Assembly (NCBI GenBank): GCA_002779605.1
Contig: PEWE01000033.1
Location: forward strand, 11,686-75,685
Length of the DNA: 64,000 nt
Source of the DNA: Zetaproteobacteria bacterium CG06_land_8_20_14_3_00_59_53
GTDB lineage: Bacteria; Pseudomonadota; Zetaproteobacteria; Mariprofundales; Mariprofundaceae
Direction of reading: 5' to 3'
Below, piece by piece: positions 1-9,495 of the stretch (positions within the stretch are counted from its first letter, which is position 1; each line of letters opens with the position of its first letter). The notes under the pieces were generated by a model, which did not search any database, was not told the origin of the DNA, and saw only the letters and a list, made by a program, of their open reading frames with translations. The position numbers were made by a program, and so were the translations under genes.

Positions 1-575
1 GCTTCTTCCAGAATGCCAATCAGGTTGCCTTCGACCCGACAGCAACCAATCGTTTCAGCGGCATGGGACGATGGACAGGTATGTGGGATCTCAATGATAC
101 CGCCACGCTGGAACTTGGCAGCACGTATATCAATGGTAACAACGGCATCGCAGTCAACTCCCGAACCGATATTCTCGGAGCTCATCTGGCCCTGAAGAAT
201 CTGGAATTCGACCATAGCGGATGGTCGATTGAAGGCGAATGGAATCGCAGCTGTATCGGCACATCCCCCGGACTTGCCCGCACTATTACAGACGGTGCCT
301 ACCTGCTCGGTGAATACGACTTCAACCGGAACTGGCAGAGCTTTGCCCGAGCCGATTTCAGCCGCATGACCGGGCATCAATCTGAAACCGCATATACAGG
401 CGGCCTTGCCTGGAAAGTCAGCGAATTCCAGAGACTGACCGTGCAATACAAGCATACCCGCAATGCCCTGACTGAATCCGCCGCACGACTTGGTCTGGCG
501 GCAGGTGATAGCGCAGATGAAGCTCTGTTCCGCTGGGTGGTCGCGATCGGCCCTCACGGCGCACATAAATATTGA
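1..575 (+). CDS. outer-membrane beta-barrel/porin-like protein, C-terminal part (5' end lies upstream of the window)
   Basis: Frame is open from the window edge (FFQNANQVAFDP...) to TGA 573-575. Alternating beta-strand-like pattern rich in G/N/T/Y, ending ...HGAHKY. Directly precedes metal-uptake genes. Family not identified. Confidence 0.5.
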   Translation, partial: FFQNANQVAFDPTATNRFSGMGRWTGMWDLNDTATLELGSTYINGNNGIAVNSRTDILGAHLALKNLEFDHSGWSIEGEWNRSCIGTSPGLARTITDGAYLLGEYDFNRNWQSFARADFSRMTGHQSETAYTGGLAWKVSEFQRLTVQYKHTRNALTESAARLGLAAGDSADEALFRWVVAIGPHGAHKY

Positions 576-586
576 CAGGTATCGAC

Positions 587-1486
587 ATGAATTCACGCGT
601 AATACATCTATTTGCCATGATGGTCATTCTTGTCTGCGCTCAGACGCCGGTTTCCGCTTCCGAACTTCACATCACGGCAACACTGCCGGCGCTGGGTCAG
701 ATTGCTCAGGGCGTTGCTGGTAAGTTCGGCGAGGTAAAGGTTCTTGCCCATATCGGACAGGATCCGCACTTTGTGCCGCCCAAGCCAACACTGGCCAGAC
801 ATCTGACCCATGCGGATCTTCTGATTGCCGCTGGTCTGGGGCTTGAAATCGGCTGGTTGCCTCCGCTGCTTGAGGCAGCCGGAAACGACAATATCCGACC
901 CGGCGGAAGCGGCTATCTAGACGGCACACAGGTGCTCGCCGAGGTGCTTGGCAAGCCACAGGGGAAAATCACCCGCGCCCTCGGAGATATTCATCCGGAG
1001 GGCAACCCTCACTGGTATATCGACCCGATCAATGCCGTTCGACTGGCTCAGGCGCTGGCCGAAAGACTTGCCGTGCTCGACCCCGGGCATGCAGTGGTAT
1101 TCCGGCAGAACGCCGCGAACTTTGCCAGAGATGTTCAGGCGCGCATGCCCGGTTGGCAAACAGCCCTGCAAGACTTAAGTCCATTGGTCTCATACCATGA
1201 TTCCTATCTCTACCTTGTGCAACGCTTCGGCCTGAAAGTGATCGACTTTGTCGAGCCAAAACCGGGCATCGAGCCGTCGACAGCACATCTGGACATGCTG
1301 GTTGGCGAATTACAGAAGGGTTCTGCGACTACGCTTTGGATGGAACCTTATCACGATGGAAAAACAGCCAGGAAGGTATGTGAACTCGGCCACATTCTCT
1401 GCCGTGTGATGCCGGACTCCATCCAGGGCGATGGATTTGCAGGTTATCTGCATTTGATAGATGTAATTGCAGCTGGCGGGAGATAA
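587..1486 (+). CDS. metal (Zn/Mn-type) ABC transporter periplasmic substrate-binding protein, TroA/ZnuA family
   Basis: ATG 587 gives signal peptide MNSRVIHLFAMMVILVCAQTPVSA. Cluster A-I binding-protein pattern (DPHFVPPKP, HPEGNPHWYIDP, YHDSYLYL). No His-rich loop. The track ORF starts at TTG 572. Confidence 0.8.
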   Translation: MNSRVIHLFAMMVILVCAQTPVSASELHITATLPALGQIAQGVAGKFGEVKVLAHIGQDPHFVPPKPTLARHLTHADLLIAAGLGLEIGWLPPLLEAAGNDNIRPGGSGYLDGTQVLAEVLGKPQGKITRALGDIHPEGNPHWYIDPINAVRLAQALAERLAVLDPGHAVVFRQNAANFARDVQARMPGWQTALQDLSPLVSYHDSYLYLVQRFGLKVIDFVEPKPGIEPSTAHLDMLVGELQKGSATTLWMEPYHDGKTARKVCELGHILCRVMPDSIQGDGFAGYLHLIDVIAAGGR

Positions 1487-1489
1487 GCG

Positions 1490-2224
1490 ATGTTTCTGCT
1501 GACCAGTCTGATTGCCTGCCTGATTCTGGCCCTTGTGATGCCTCACCTTGGCCGGAAGGTGCTGGAAAGACGAATCGTTTTCGTTGATCTGGCGCTCGCG
1601 CAATTTGCCGCAACCGGGTACGCCATTGGTCTGGCCAGTGACAGCTCCGGCCTGCTATGGGCCGGGGCTGTCACGCTCCTCGCTGTGCTGGCCTTGGCAG
1701 CCATACCACATGCCTCCAAGCTGCCCAAGGAGGCTGTTATGGGCTCGATGTATGCAGTGGCTGCAGCTGCCGGCATGGTTATTCTCACCAACCTTCCACA
1801 CGCAGAAGGTCATATGAGCGAACTGATGTTCGGATCCCTGCTGGGGGCTGGCTGGTCCGATCTCGGCATTCTTGCAGTTCTCGGAATGCTGTCGGTAGCC
1901 ACGCTACGCTTTGCCGGCAGCGACACCTACATACAGCGCGTCATGTTCTATCTGGCGCTTGCCATGGCTGTGGTGCCCGCCATCCACGCAGTCGGCATTG
2001 TGCTGGTGTTCGGCATGCTGCTCCTGCCAGCGCTGGCGGCGTGGCGTAATGAAGGCAACGGGCCTGTCCTGCAGGCCCTTCTGGTTGCTCTCTGCGGTGC
2101 GGTTTCGGGCATCATAGCAGCTGAATGCCTTGATCTTCCGCCCTCCTCCAGCGTCGTGCTGGCGCTGTTTATCTGCGGCATCCCGATGCTGATATGGAAT
2201 CTCAGAGCCCGACCGGGGACATAA
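1490..2224 (+). CDS. metal ABC transporter permease (ZnuB/ABC-3 family)
   Basis: 244 aa and highly hydrophobic multi-pass. Starts 3 nt after the binding-protein gene. No cognate ATPase gene in the window. Confidence 0.8.
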   Translation: MFLLTSLIACLILALVMPHLGRKVLERRIVFVDLALAQFAATGYAIGLASDSSGLLWAGAVTLLAVLALAAIPHASKLPKEAVMGSMYAVAAAAGMVILTNLPHAEGHMSELMFGSLLGAGWSDLGILAVLGMLSVATLRFAGSDTYIQRVMFYLALAMAVVPAIHAVGIVLVFGMLLLPALAAWRNEGNGPVLQALLVALCGAVSGIIAAECLDLPPSSSVVLALFICGIPMLIWNLRARPGT

Positions 2225-2228
2225 TCGG

Positions 2229-5200
2229 CTATCGTTTCCGCGCCTCCTGCCATTGCAGGAGCTGCGAATAGATTGCAGGCAACACAATAAGGCAAAGGAT
2301 GGTGGTACTGAGCATGCCACCGATCATCGGTGCGGAGATACGCTGCATAACATCAGAGCCTGTGCCATTGCCCAGCATGATCGGAAACAGTCCTGCAATC
2401 ACAGCTGTGGCTGTCATGGCAATCGGCCGGACCCGCCTGGCAACACCTGACCGGACAGCCTCCTTCAGGCATTCCTGCGAAAGTCTACCACCTGCCTGAT
2501 CCCTTCTGCGCGAGACTTCCTGATCGATAAAGGTCAACACCAGAACGCCGATTTCCGCCGCGACGCCGGCCAGAGCAATAAATCCGACCGCCACAGCCAC
2601 ACTCAGATTGAACCCGAGCAGCCAGACCAGCCAGAATCCGCCGATCAGTGCGAATGGTACCGAAAGCATAACAACCAGCGGAGCCATGATGTTGCCGAAG
2701 TTGAAGTACAACAACAGAAAGATCAGCAGCAGGGTTGCCGGTATCACTATCTGCATGCGTGCAGCAGCACGTTGCATGTACTCATATTGCCCGGACCATT
2801 CGATGGCATAGCCGTTCGGAATTTTCACCTCATCGGCAATCATCTGTTTTGCCCGTTCCACATAGCCCCCGATATCGCCGGATTTCATGTCCACATACAC
2901 CCAGGCATTGGGGCGGGCATTTTCGCTCTTGATTGATGGCGGCCCGCGCATCGTGTGGATCTCGGCGACTGCTGCGATTGGAATCTGCGCACCGGTCAGG
3001 GTCGGAATCAGTACGCGCTTGAGCGCTTCAGGATCGCTGCGGTAATCGCGCGGATAGCGCAGGTTCACCGGATAGCGTTCCAGACCTTCCACCGTCTGGG
3101 TCACATTCATGCCGCCGATAGCCGAAGAGATCACATCTTCGATATCGCCGACGGTCAGACCGTATCGGGCCGCATTGTCGCGCTGAATATCAATATCCAG
3201 ATAATAACCGCCTGCCGCGCGGTCACTGAATGCGGACATCGTATCGGGCAGTTTATTGATGGCCCGTTCGATTGCCACGCCAACCTCTTGCAAGACATTC
3301 AGATCTGGCCCGGAAACCTTGATGCCAACCGGCGTCTTGATGCCGGTGGATAGCATGTCGATACGTGTCTTGATCGGATAGGTCCACGCATTGGCCAGTC
3401 CGGGGAAGCGGATGGCCTGATCCATCTCGTGCATCAGTTCCTGCGTGGATTTATGAGGATCGGGCCATTCCGATTTGGGCTTGAGGCGAACAATCGTTTC
3501 AAGCATGGACAACGGGGCCGGATCGGTCGCTGTATCGGCCCGCCCTACCTTACCGAATACAGATTCCACTTCGGAGAATGTTTTCAGGATAATATCTGTC
3601 TGCTGCACCAGTTCTCTGGCTTTGGTAATCGATATGCCGGGGAATGTTGTCGGCATGTAGAGAATATCCCCTTCATCCAGCGGCGGCATAAATTCCGTTC
3701 CGGTTTTCATCACCGGATAAATGCTTGCCCCCAGCAATACAAGTGCCAAAGCAATCGTCAGTCCGCGCGCGCGCAGCGCAAGATCTAGCAGCGGCGTATG
3801 CATCCCCTGCAACAGACGGTTCAGCGGGTTGCGCTGCTCGTCCGGGATCCGCCCGCGGATGAACAGGCCCATCAGCACCGGCACCAGAGTAACCGCCAGC
3901 AGGGAGGCAGCGGCCATGGCATAGGTCTTGGTGAAGGCCAGCGGGGAGAACAACCTGCCCTCCTGCGCCTGCAGGGTGAAAACCGGCAGGAATGATACTG
4001 TGATAATCAAAAGACTGAAAAACAGCGCCGGACCGACCTCGCGACAGGCTCTGCCGACAGCATCCAGCCGCTCTCCCGCGGACAGCTGCGCCTCGGCGTT
4101 CCCCGCCCGTTTGTCATTAAGCGCCTGTTTGTTACTTAGCGCGAATTCCAGATGCTTGTGCGCATTCTCGATCATGACGATCGCGCCATCGATCATCGCA
4201 CCGATGGCGATGGCGATGCCGCCGAGGCTCATAATATTGGCGGAAAGCCCCTGCCACTGCATGATCACGAAGGCCAGCAGGATACCGGCCAGCAGGCTGA
4301 CGATGGCCACCAGCGCACTGCGCGCATGCATCAGGAAGAGCAGGCAGACCAGCGCCACGATGATCGATTCTTCAAGCAGGGTCTGCTTCAGATTGCCCAC
4401 CGCGCGTTCGATCAGCTGTCCGCGGTCATAGGTCGGCACGATCTCCACGCCCTCGGGCAGCCCCGGCTTGAGCTCGGCCAGTTTCTGACGCACCGCCCTG
4501 ATGGTGGTCAGGGCATTCTGTCCGTAACGCATGATGATCACACCACCGGCCACCTCTCCCTCACCGTTCAACTCGACCACCCCGCGCCTGAGCTCGGGGC
4601 CGAGATGCACATGCGCCACATCACGCATCAGGATCGGGGTGCCGTGCGCATCCACGCCGATGGGTATGGATTCCAGATCACCAATACCCTTCAGATAGCC
4701 CTTGCCACGCACCATGAACTCGGTTTCGCCCATCTCGATGACACTGCCGCCGACATCGTTGTTGCTGCGCCGGATCGCCTCTTTCACCCGGGCCAGCGGA
4801 ATCCCGAAACCGGCCAGCGTATTGGGATCGACCTCGACCTGATACTGCTTCACGAAACCGCCGATGGAGGCCACCTCGGACACGCCGTTCACGGTTTGCA
4901 GGGCGTAGCGCAGATACCAGTCCTGGATCGAGCGCAACTCGGCCAGGTCGTGCCTGCCGGTTCGGTCCACCAGCGCGTATTCGTAGATCCAGCCCACACC
5001 GGTGGCATCCGGACCGAGCGTCGGCGTCACCCCTGCCGGCAGGCGACCTGCGACATAATTCAGGTATTCGAGGACACGCGAACGCGCCCAGTACATATCC
5101 GTACCGTCATCGAAAATGATGTAAACGAATGAAAAACCGAAGAAGGAATAACCGCGCACCACCTTGGCATGCGGCACGGCCAGCATGGCGGTGGTCAGCG

Positions 5201-5402
5201 GATAGGTCACCTGATCCTCGACCACCTGCGGGGACTGCCCGTCGTACTGGGTGAACACGATCACCTGTACATCGGACAGATCGGGAACCGCATCCAGCGG
5301 GATATGCTTCACCGCGAACAGGCCTGCCGCCACGATCAGTCCGCTGGCGAGCAGCACCATGAAGCGGTTGCGCAGGCTGGCATCGATGATGTTCGCGATC
5401 AT
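2229..5402 (-). CDS. cusA: CusA/CzcA-family heavy-metal (Cu/Ag) RND efflux pump
   Basis: About 1057 aa. N-terminus MIANIIDASLRNRFMVLL...DAVPDLSDVQVIVFT and AIGAMIDGAIVMIENAHKHL track E. coli CusA. Start set to ATG 5402 (M13 of the track ORF) to match the CusA N-terminus. Confidence 0.93.
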   Translation of the reverse strand: MIANIIDASLRNRFMVLLASGLIVAAGLFAVKHIPLDAVPDLSDVQVIVFTQYDGQSPQVVEDQVTYPLTTAMLAVPHAKVVRGYSFFGFSFVYIIFDDGTDMYWARSRVLEYLNYVAGRLPAGVTPTLGPDATGVGWIYEYALVDRTGRHDLAELRSIQDWYLRYALQTVNGVSEVASIGGFVKQYQVEVDPNTLAGFGIPLARVKEAIRRSNNDVGGSVIEMGETEFMVRGKGYLKGIGDLESIPIGVDAHGTPILMRDVAHVHLGPELRRGVVELNGEGEVAGGVIIMRYGQNALTTIRAVRQKLAELKPGLPEGVEIVPTYDRGQLIERAVGNLKQTLLEESIIVALVCLLFLMHARSALVAIVSLLAGILLAFVIMQWQGLSANIMSLGGIAIAIGAMIDGAIVMIENAHKHLEFALSNKQALNDKRAGNAEAQLSAGERLDAVGRACREVGPALFFSLLIITVSFLPVFTLQAQEGRLFSPLAFTKTYAMAAASLLAVTLVPVLMGLFIRGRIPDEQRNPLNRLLQGMHTPLLDLALRARGLTIALALVLLGASIYPVMKTGTEFMPPLDEGDILYMPTTFPGISITKARELVQQTDIILKTFSEVESVFGKVGRADTATDPAPLSMLETIVRLKPKSEWPDPHKSTQELMHEMDQAIRFPGLANAWTYPIKTRIDMLSTGIKTPVGIKVSGPDLNVLQEVGVAIERAINKLPDTMSAFSDRAAGGYYLDIDIQRDNAARYGLTVGDIEDVISSAIGGMNVTQTVEGLERYPVNLRYPRDYRSDPEALKRVLIPTLTGAQIPIAAVAEIHTMRGPPSIKSENARPNAWVYVDMKSGDIGGYVERAKQMIADEVKIPNGYAIEWSGQYEYMQRAAARMQIVIPATLLLIFLLLYFNFGNIMAPLVVMLSVPFALIGGFWLVWLLGFNLSVAVAVGFIALAGVAAEIGVLVLTFIDQEVSRRRDQAGGRLSQECLKEAVRSGVARRVRPIAMTATAVIAGLFPIMLGNGTGSDVMQRISAPMIGGMLSTTILCLIVLPAIYSQLLQWQEARKR

Positions 5403-5453
5403 GATTGCCACCCGTTCACCACGAAGACAGGAAGACACAAAGGAAATACAGAA

Positions 5454-6881
5454 TTATTCATTCTCTCCCCCGCTGTCATGCATGCTACGCATATTCATCA
5501 TTGGAGCTTCTTGAGTGGGCCTAGAATCCATACCCAAGCCCCTCATATCCATGCCTTTCATCTCTGTATTTTTCTTTTCCTCGTGTCTTGGTGCCTTCGT
5601 GGTTCCAGTTCCCGGTTGCACCATCTTGGCGGCGGCTTCGCGGATGGAGGATTCGGAATCGATCAGGAACTGCCCGCTGCTGACCACCGTTTCCCCGGCC
5701 TGCACGCCCTCGATGATCTCCACCAGCCCGTCCGCCGTGATACCGGTGCGCACGGTACGCGGCTCGAAGCGGCCGGGTTCGCGCTGCACGAAAACATGCG
5801 CCTGCTTGCCGGTGACCAGCACCGCCTCACGCGGCACGAACACCCCCGACCTGATGGCACTGGCCGCGATCTCCACATCGCCGAACATATCCGGCTTGAG
5901 CAGGCCATCGGCATTGTCGAACTCGATGCGCACCTTGTTGGTACGCGTTCTGGCATCCAGATAGGGATAGATATAGGTGATGCGACCGGTGAAATCGTGC
6001 CCCGGCATCGAGCCGATGTGCAAGGTTGCCCGATCCCCGACATTCACCCATGAGATCTCGTACTCGTATAGATCGGCCAGCACCCATAGGCGCGACAGGT
6101 CGGCGATCTGGTACAGCTCCGAGGCCGGCGTCACCCGCGCTCCCTCGCGCACCCCGATATTGGTCACCACGCCCGCCGCCGGCGCATGGATATGCATGTT
6201 CTTGCGCACTTTATGTGTACGCTGCAGCTCGACGATCTGGTGCTCAGCCACATCGAAGAAGCGCAGGCGGTCCAGCGATGAGTCGAGCAAGCGTTTCACC
6301 CCGTCGCGGATATCGCTGTACGGGCTGTTTTTCAACTGCTCCCAGTTGCCCAGTGCCAGCAGGTATTCCTCCTGCGTGGCCACCAGTTCCGGCGAATAGA
6401 GGGCCAGCAGCATGGTGTCCTCTTTCACCGTTTCACCGGTTTTATCCACGAACAGCTTATCGATCCATCCGTCCACCTTGGGATGCAGCGTCACCAGCCT
6501 TGTCTCATCGAAGGTGATGCGGCCGACCGTGGTAATATGACGCGATAGCGACTTCTGTACCGCCGTTGTCAGACGCACACCGATATCCTGCGTGGTGGCG
6601 GGATCGATGCGCACGGTACCCGCAGGCGAACCGCCGCCACGTTCACCTGTTTCTGCGCATACGGCGATATAATCCATGCCCATCGAATCCTTCGCCGGGG
6701 TCGGGCTGGTCATCGCCGGATTCATCGGATTGCGCCACATCAAGGGCTGTGCCCCGCCCGCGCAGGGCCCTGCCTTGCTCACGGCCTCTGCGTTCTCCGT
6801 ATCCGGTTTATTCAGGACATAGCCCCCTGCCAGACCTAGGGCAAGCGCCATCACAATCCATATCACATTCGTCTTATTCAT
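5454..6881 (-). CDS. cusB: efflux RND periplasmic adaptor (membrane fusion protein), CusB-like, with Met-rich C-terminal tail
   Basis: N-terminal TM/signal and HlyD/MFP barrel-sandwich pattern. Sits between the cusC-like and cusA-like genes. Tail reads MKGMDMRGLGMDSRPTQEAPMMNMRSMHDS. Confidence 0.88.
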   Translation of the reverse strand: MNKTNVIWIVMALALGLAGGYVLNKPDTENAEAVSKAGPCAGGAQPLMWRNPMNPAMTSPTPAKDSMGMDYIAVCAETGERGGGSPAGTVRIDPATTQDIGVRLTTAVQKSLSRHITTVGRITFDETRLVTLHPKVDGWIDKLFVDKTGETVKEDTMLLALYSPELVATQEEYLLALGNWEQLKNSPYSDIRDGVKRLLDSSLDRLRFFDVAEHQIVELQRTHKVRKNMHIHAPAAGVVTNIGVREGARVTPASELYQIADLSRLWVLADLYEYEISWVNVGDRATLHIGSMPGHDFTGRITYIYPYLDARTRTNKVRIEFDNADGLLKPDMFGDVEIAASAIRSGVFVPREAVLVTGKQAHVFVQREPGRFEPRTVRTGITADGLVEIIEGVQAGETVVSSGQFLIDSESSIREAAAKMVQPGTGTTKAPRHEEKKNTEMKGMDMRGLGMDSRPTQEAPMMNMRSMHDSGGENE

Positions 6882-8187
6882 GCTGCATCCCTTCCCTGCT
6901 TAAATGTTCCAGGCCTGCGGCTGCGGCCAGTCGTGCTTCGGCCTGATGCAGGGCCGATACCTGCTGCCAGTACTGGATATCCGTATTGAATTCATTGAGC
7001 TGCGCGCGCACCAGATTGAGGAAATCCACCTTGTTCACCTGATATCCCGTCTGCATCGAGGCCGTGGTCTGCCGCGCCTGCGGCAGGATGCCCTGCTCGA
7101 ACAGTCTCACCCTGTTTTTGGCGATTCGCAGATCGGTGGCCGCAGCATCGATCTCGGCATCCACCTGATTGGCTGCATCACGCACGGAGAATTCGGCTTT
7201 GGCCCTCTCCGCCGCGCGTTGATCCACGGCCATGTCCTGTTTGCTGCCACTGTATAAGGGGAGATTCATGCTGAGCATTACCGAGGCAAGGCCGGGACGT
7301 GCCAGACCCGTCGCCGTCGAGCCCTGCCGGAAGCCGTAGGCTGCACCAAGCGTGAAATCCGGATAATGATCCCTTTCGGCGCTGGCAAGACGCGTTCCGG
7401 CAAGCTGCATATCGGCATCCCTGCCGAGCAACATCGGACGCTGGTGCCGCGCCTGCTGTTTGAGCATCGCGATATCCGGCTCGCTGCCTTCAAGTGCCGG
7501 ACTGTCCTGACGGGGCTGTTGGATGGGTGTATCCGCCGGCCTGCCCAGCAGGGCATTGAGGGCGGCGGCCTCGCGCTGACTGGATGCCGTCAGATCCAGC
7601 TCGCGCTCCAGCAGATTGGAAAGCTCCAGCTGTGCAAGCAGCACATCCTGCTGCAGGCCCTTGCCGGTCTTGTATTTGGTTTCAGCAATGCGCACCAGAT
7701 TGCGCAACAGTTCCTGATTATGCCGGATGATGGACAGTGCCTTGCCCAGATAGGCCATATTCCACCAGTGGATGCGGGTGTTACGGAGCAGCAGAAGCCG
7801 GAATTCCCGCCGGTCCTGCAGCGCTGCTTCAGCCTGATAGTCTGCAACCTCGCTCTGTAAAGCCAGCTTGCCGGGAAACGGAATCCTTTGCGACAGCCCC
7901 AACTGCATCTGGGTCATGGTTTCCTGCGTATTGGAAAAGCTATCCACCGGCAGATTCAAGGCGCTCAGCGACAGCATCGGATCGGGAAGGCTACCCGCCT
8001 GCGAGGGCACGGTGGCCATGGCCTCGGCCCGCTTGCCGGCTGCGAAAAGCGCCGGATTGTTCTGCACAACCAGCTGTTCAGCCTGCGCCAGACTCAGCGC
8101 ATCACCGGCCTGCGCGCTGCATGAAGCACCTGCCATAGCCAGAATGAGAATTGCCGGTATCCACCGGACTTTTTTCGGGACATGCAT
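6874..8187 (-). CDS. cusC: TolC/CusC-family outer-membrane efflux protein
   Basis: OEP-family repeat pattern. ATG 8187 is preceded by AGGAGG (8-nt spacer) and gives signal MHVPKKVRWIPAILILAMAGASCSA. Overlaps the cusB start by 8 nt. Confidence 0.85.
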   Translation of the reverse strand: MHVPKKVRWIPAILILAMAGASCSAQAGDALSLAQAEQLVVQNNPALFAAGKRAEAMATVPSQAGSLPDPMLSLSALNLPVDSFSNTQETMTQMQLGLSQRIPFPGKLALQSEVADYQAEAALQDRREFRLLLLRNTRIHWWNMAYLGKALSIIRHNQELLRNLVRIAETKYKTGKGLQQDVLLAQLELSNLLERELDLTASSQREAAALNALLGRPADTPIQQPRQDSPALEGSEPDIAMLKQQARHQRPMLLGRDADMQLAGTRLASAERDHYPDFTLGAAYGFRQGSTATGLARPGLASVMLSMNLPLYSGSKQDMAVDQRAAERAKAEFSVRDAANQVDAEIDAAATDLRIAKNRVRLFEQGILPQARQTTASMQTGYQVNKVDFLNLVRAQLNEFNTDIQYWQQVSALHQAEARLAAAAGLEHLSREGMQHE

Positions 8188-8275
8188 GGAACACGCCTCC
8201 TGCCTCAAGATTCGTGTGTTGGAAACAACACACACCCCGACTCAGACGAGTCGCGGTATCAGCAGAAGGTGAAGA

Positions 8276-8725
8276 TCAAACGCGGATGCGTTGGGTTGTC
8301 GTGTAGAGAAGCGAGGAAGAGCGTGGTGGTCCGGTGGGTGTATGGAAAGTAGTGACTTCATCCCATGCCATTAGAGAAGGCATCTCCGGCAATACCGACA
8401 GAGCCACAAGCACAGGATTCACCGGGGCCATATCGGCAGTGGCACCCTTGACGTACTGAGCCGGTTCATCGCAATGGAAGCAACCACCGGAATGTGTGGT
8501 TGCTTTATGTTGCCCGTCCATATCTGACGACCCGGCGCAATGCGCTCCCATATCCGCCATCCCGCTATCAAGCATCTGTGCAGCATGCATCCCGGACATC
8601 GGCATGGCGTGGGCCTGAGTGGTCAGCAGGCAGAAACCGGTGACCACGATCTGCACGGCAAACAGCCCCGCAACAAGGCGGGAGACGAAACGGGTTTGTT
8701 GTTTACGCAGGAACATGCGGGGCAC
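8276..8725 (-). CDS. small membrane-anchored Met/His/Cys-rich protein (putative Cu-binding accessory protein)
   Basis: One N-terminal TM (LVAGLFAVQIVVTGFCLL), then HAMPMSGMHAAQMLDSGMADMGAHCAGSSDMDGQHKATTHSGGCFHCDEP. 88 nt upstream of cusC on the same strand. Track start is GTG 8725; the first ATG is at 8716. Confidence 0.6.
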   Translation of the reverse strand: MPRMFLRKQQTRFVSRLVAGLFAVQIVVTGFCLLTTQAHAMPMSGMHAAQMLDSGMADMGAHCAGSSDMDGQHKATTHSGGCFHCDEPAQYVKGATADMAPVNPVLVALSVLPEMPSLMAWDEVTTFHTPTGPPRSSSLLYTTTQRIRV

Positions 8726-8746
8726 AGTAGGCTAATAAAAATGAAA

Positions 8747-8760
8747 GTTCAATGAATCGC
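8747..8760 (-). promoter_or_regulatory. 14-mer GCGATTCATTGAAC (contains TTGAAC; possible -35/operator), an exact copy of the motif at 39843-39856
   Basis: Read on the minus strand: GCGATTCATTGAAC-tttcatttttattagcc-TACTGT-gccccgcATG. This is TTGAAC-N17-TACTGT about 30 nt before ATG 8716. Confidence 0.4.
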
Positions 8761-8787
8761 AGACCGGCAGAAACCACGCACCGCGCC

Positions 8788-9495
8788 TTAAAGGTCGAGT
8801 AAACGACCATGCCTGCGCAACCATTGGCGCTGCTGCTTGCATGCCGGAAACAGCTTTTCCACTTCATGCCAGAAGGCTGTTGAATGATTGGGATGCAGCA
8901 GGTGACAGAGCTCGTGCGCGGCGACGTAATCAATGGCAGCAAGCGGTGCCATCAGCAGCCGCCAGTTGAAGTAGATGCGTCCGTCGGCGTGACAGCTTCC
9001 CCAGCGCGTGCGGTAGGACTTGATGCCGATATGCGACGGAGCTTTCCCCAATCGTCCGGACAGCACGCCGACCCGTTCGCTCAGCACGCTCGACGCCTGC
9101 TTCCTGTACCAGCGCGTCAACGCAGCGATCACCGCCTCGCGCGTCGGCTCGCCGCGCATACCCAGATGCAGAACCCCTGCGGCTTCATCCAGCCGGGAAC
9201 GGCTGGCAAAGCAGAGCCGGTATTCTCTGCCCAGATAACTGACTGTATCGCCTTCCGCATAGCCGCGTGATGCCTTGTGCTGATGCACGATGGCGGCATC
9301 GACCAGCTTGCGCCTCACCCAGCCGGCCTTGTCGCGCAGCACCCTTTTCACATACAGGTGAGGCACCAGCAAGGGTACGGCCACCAGCACCTGCCCGTCG
9401 GATCTGACGCGAATGCCGACCGTGCGCCGCCTTGCACGCCGCTCGATGACATAGGAAAAACCGCCCTCGGGCGTATCAAGAAAATGGACGGTCAC
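8788..9495 (-). CDS. YgjP-like/M48-family zinc metallopeptidase (DUF45)
   Basis: HELCHLLHPNHSTAFW zinc-binding signature typical of YgjP/DUF45 proteins. Its ATG overlaps the cobA stop (ATGA). Confidence 0.75.
   Translation of the reverse strand: MTVHFLDTPEGGFSYVIERRARRRTVGIRVRSDGQVLVAVPLLVPHLYVKRVLRDKAGWVRRKLVDAAIVHQHKASRGYAEGDTVSYLGREYRLCFASRSRLDEAAGVLHLGMRGEPTREAVIAALTRWYRKQASSVLSERVGVLSGRLGKAPSHIGIKSYRTRWGSCHADGRIYFNWRLLMAPLAAIDYVAAHELCHLLHPNHSTAFWHEVEKLFPACKQQRQWLRRHGRLLDL

Noticed and set aside
2225-2228. Only 4 bp between the convergent stops of the metal permease gene and cusA, with no terminator
   Set aside because: Tight convergent packing is common in compact genomes. Nothing in the sequence indicates a functional element.
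2253-8272. Many 60-330-aa plus-strand ORFs across the cus operon (e.g. 4152-5132, 5169-6053, 7366-7860)
   Set aside because: All are antisense shadows of cusA, cusB and cusC. The same applies to the antisense ORFs over hflC, srkA, asmA, bioA, leuS, lapG and lapD listed in the track.
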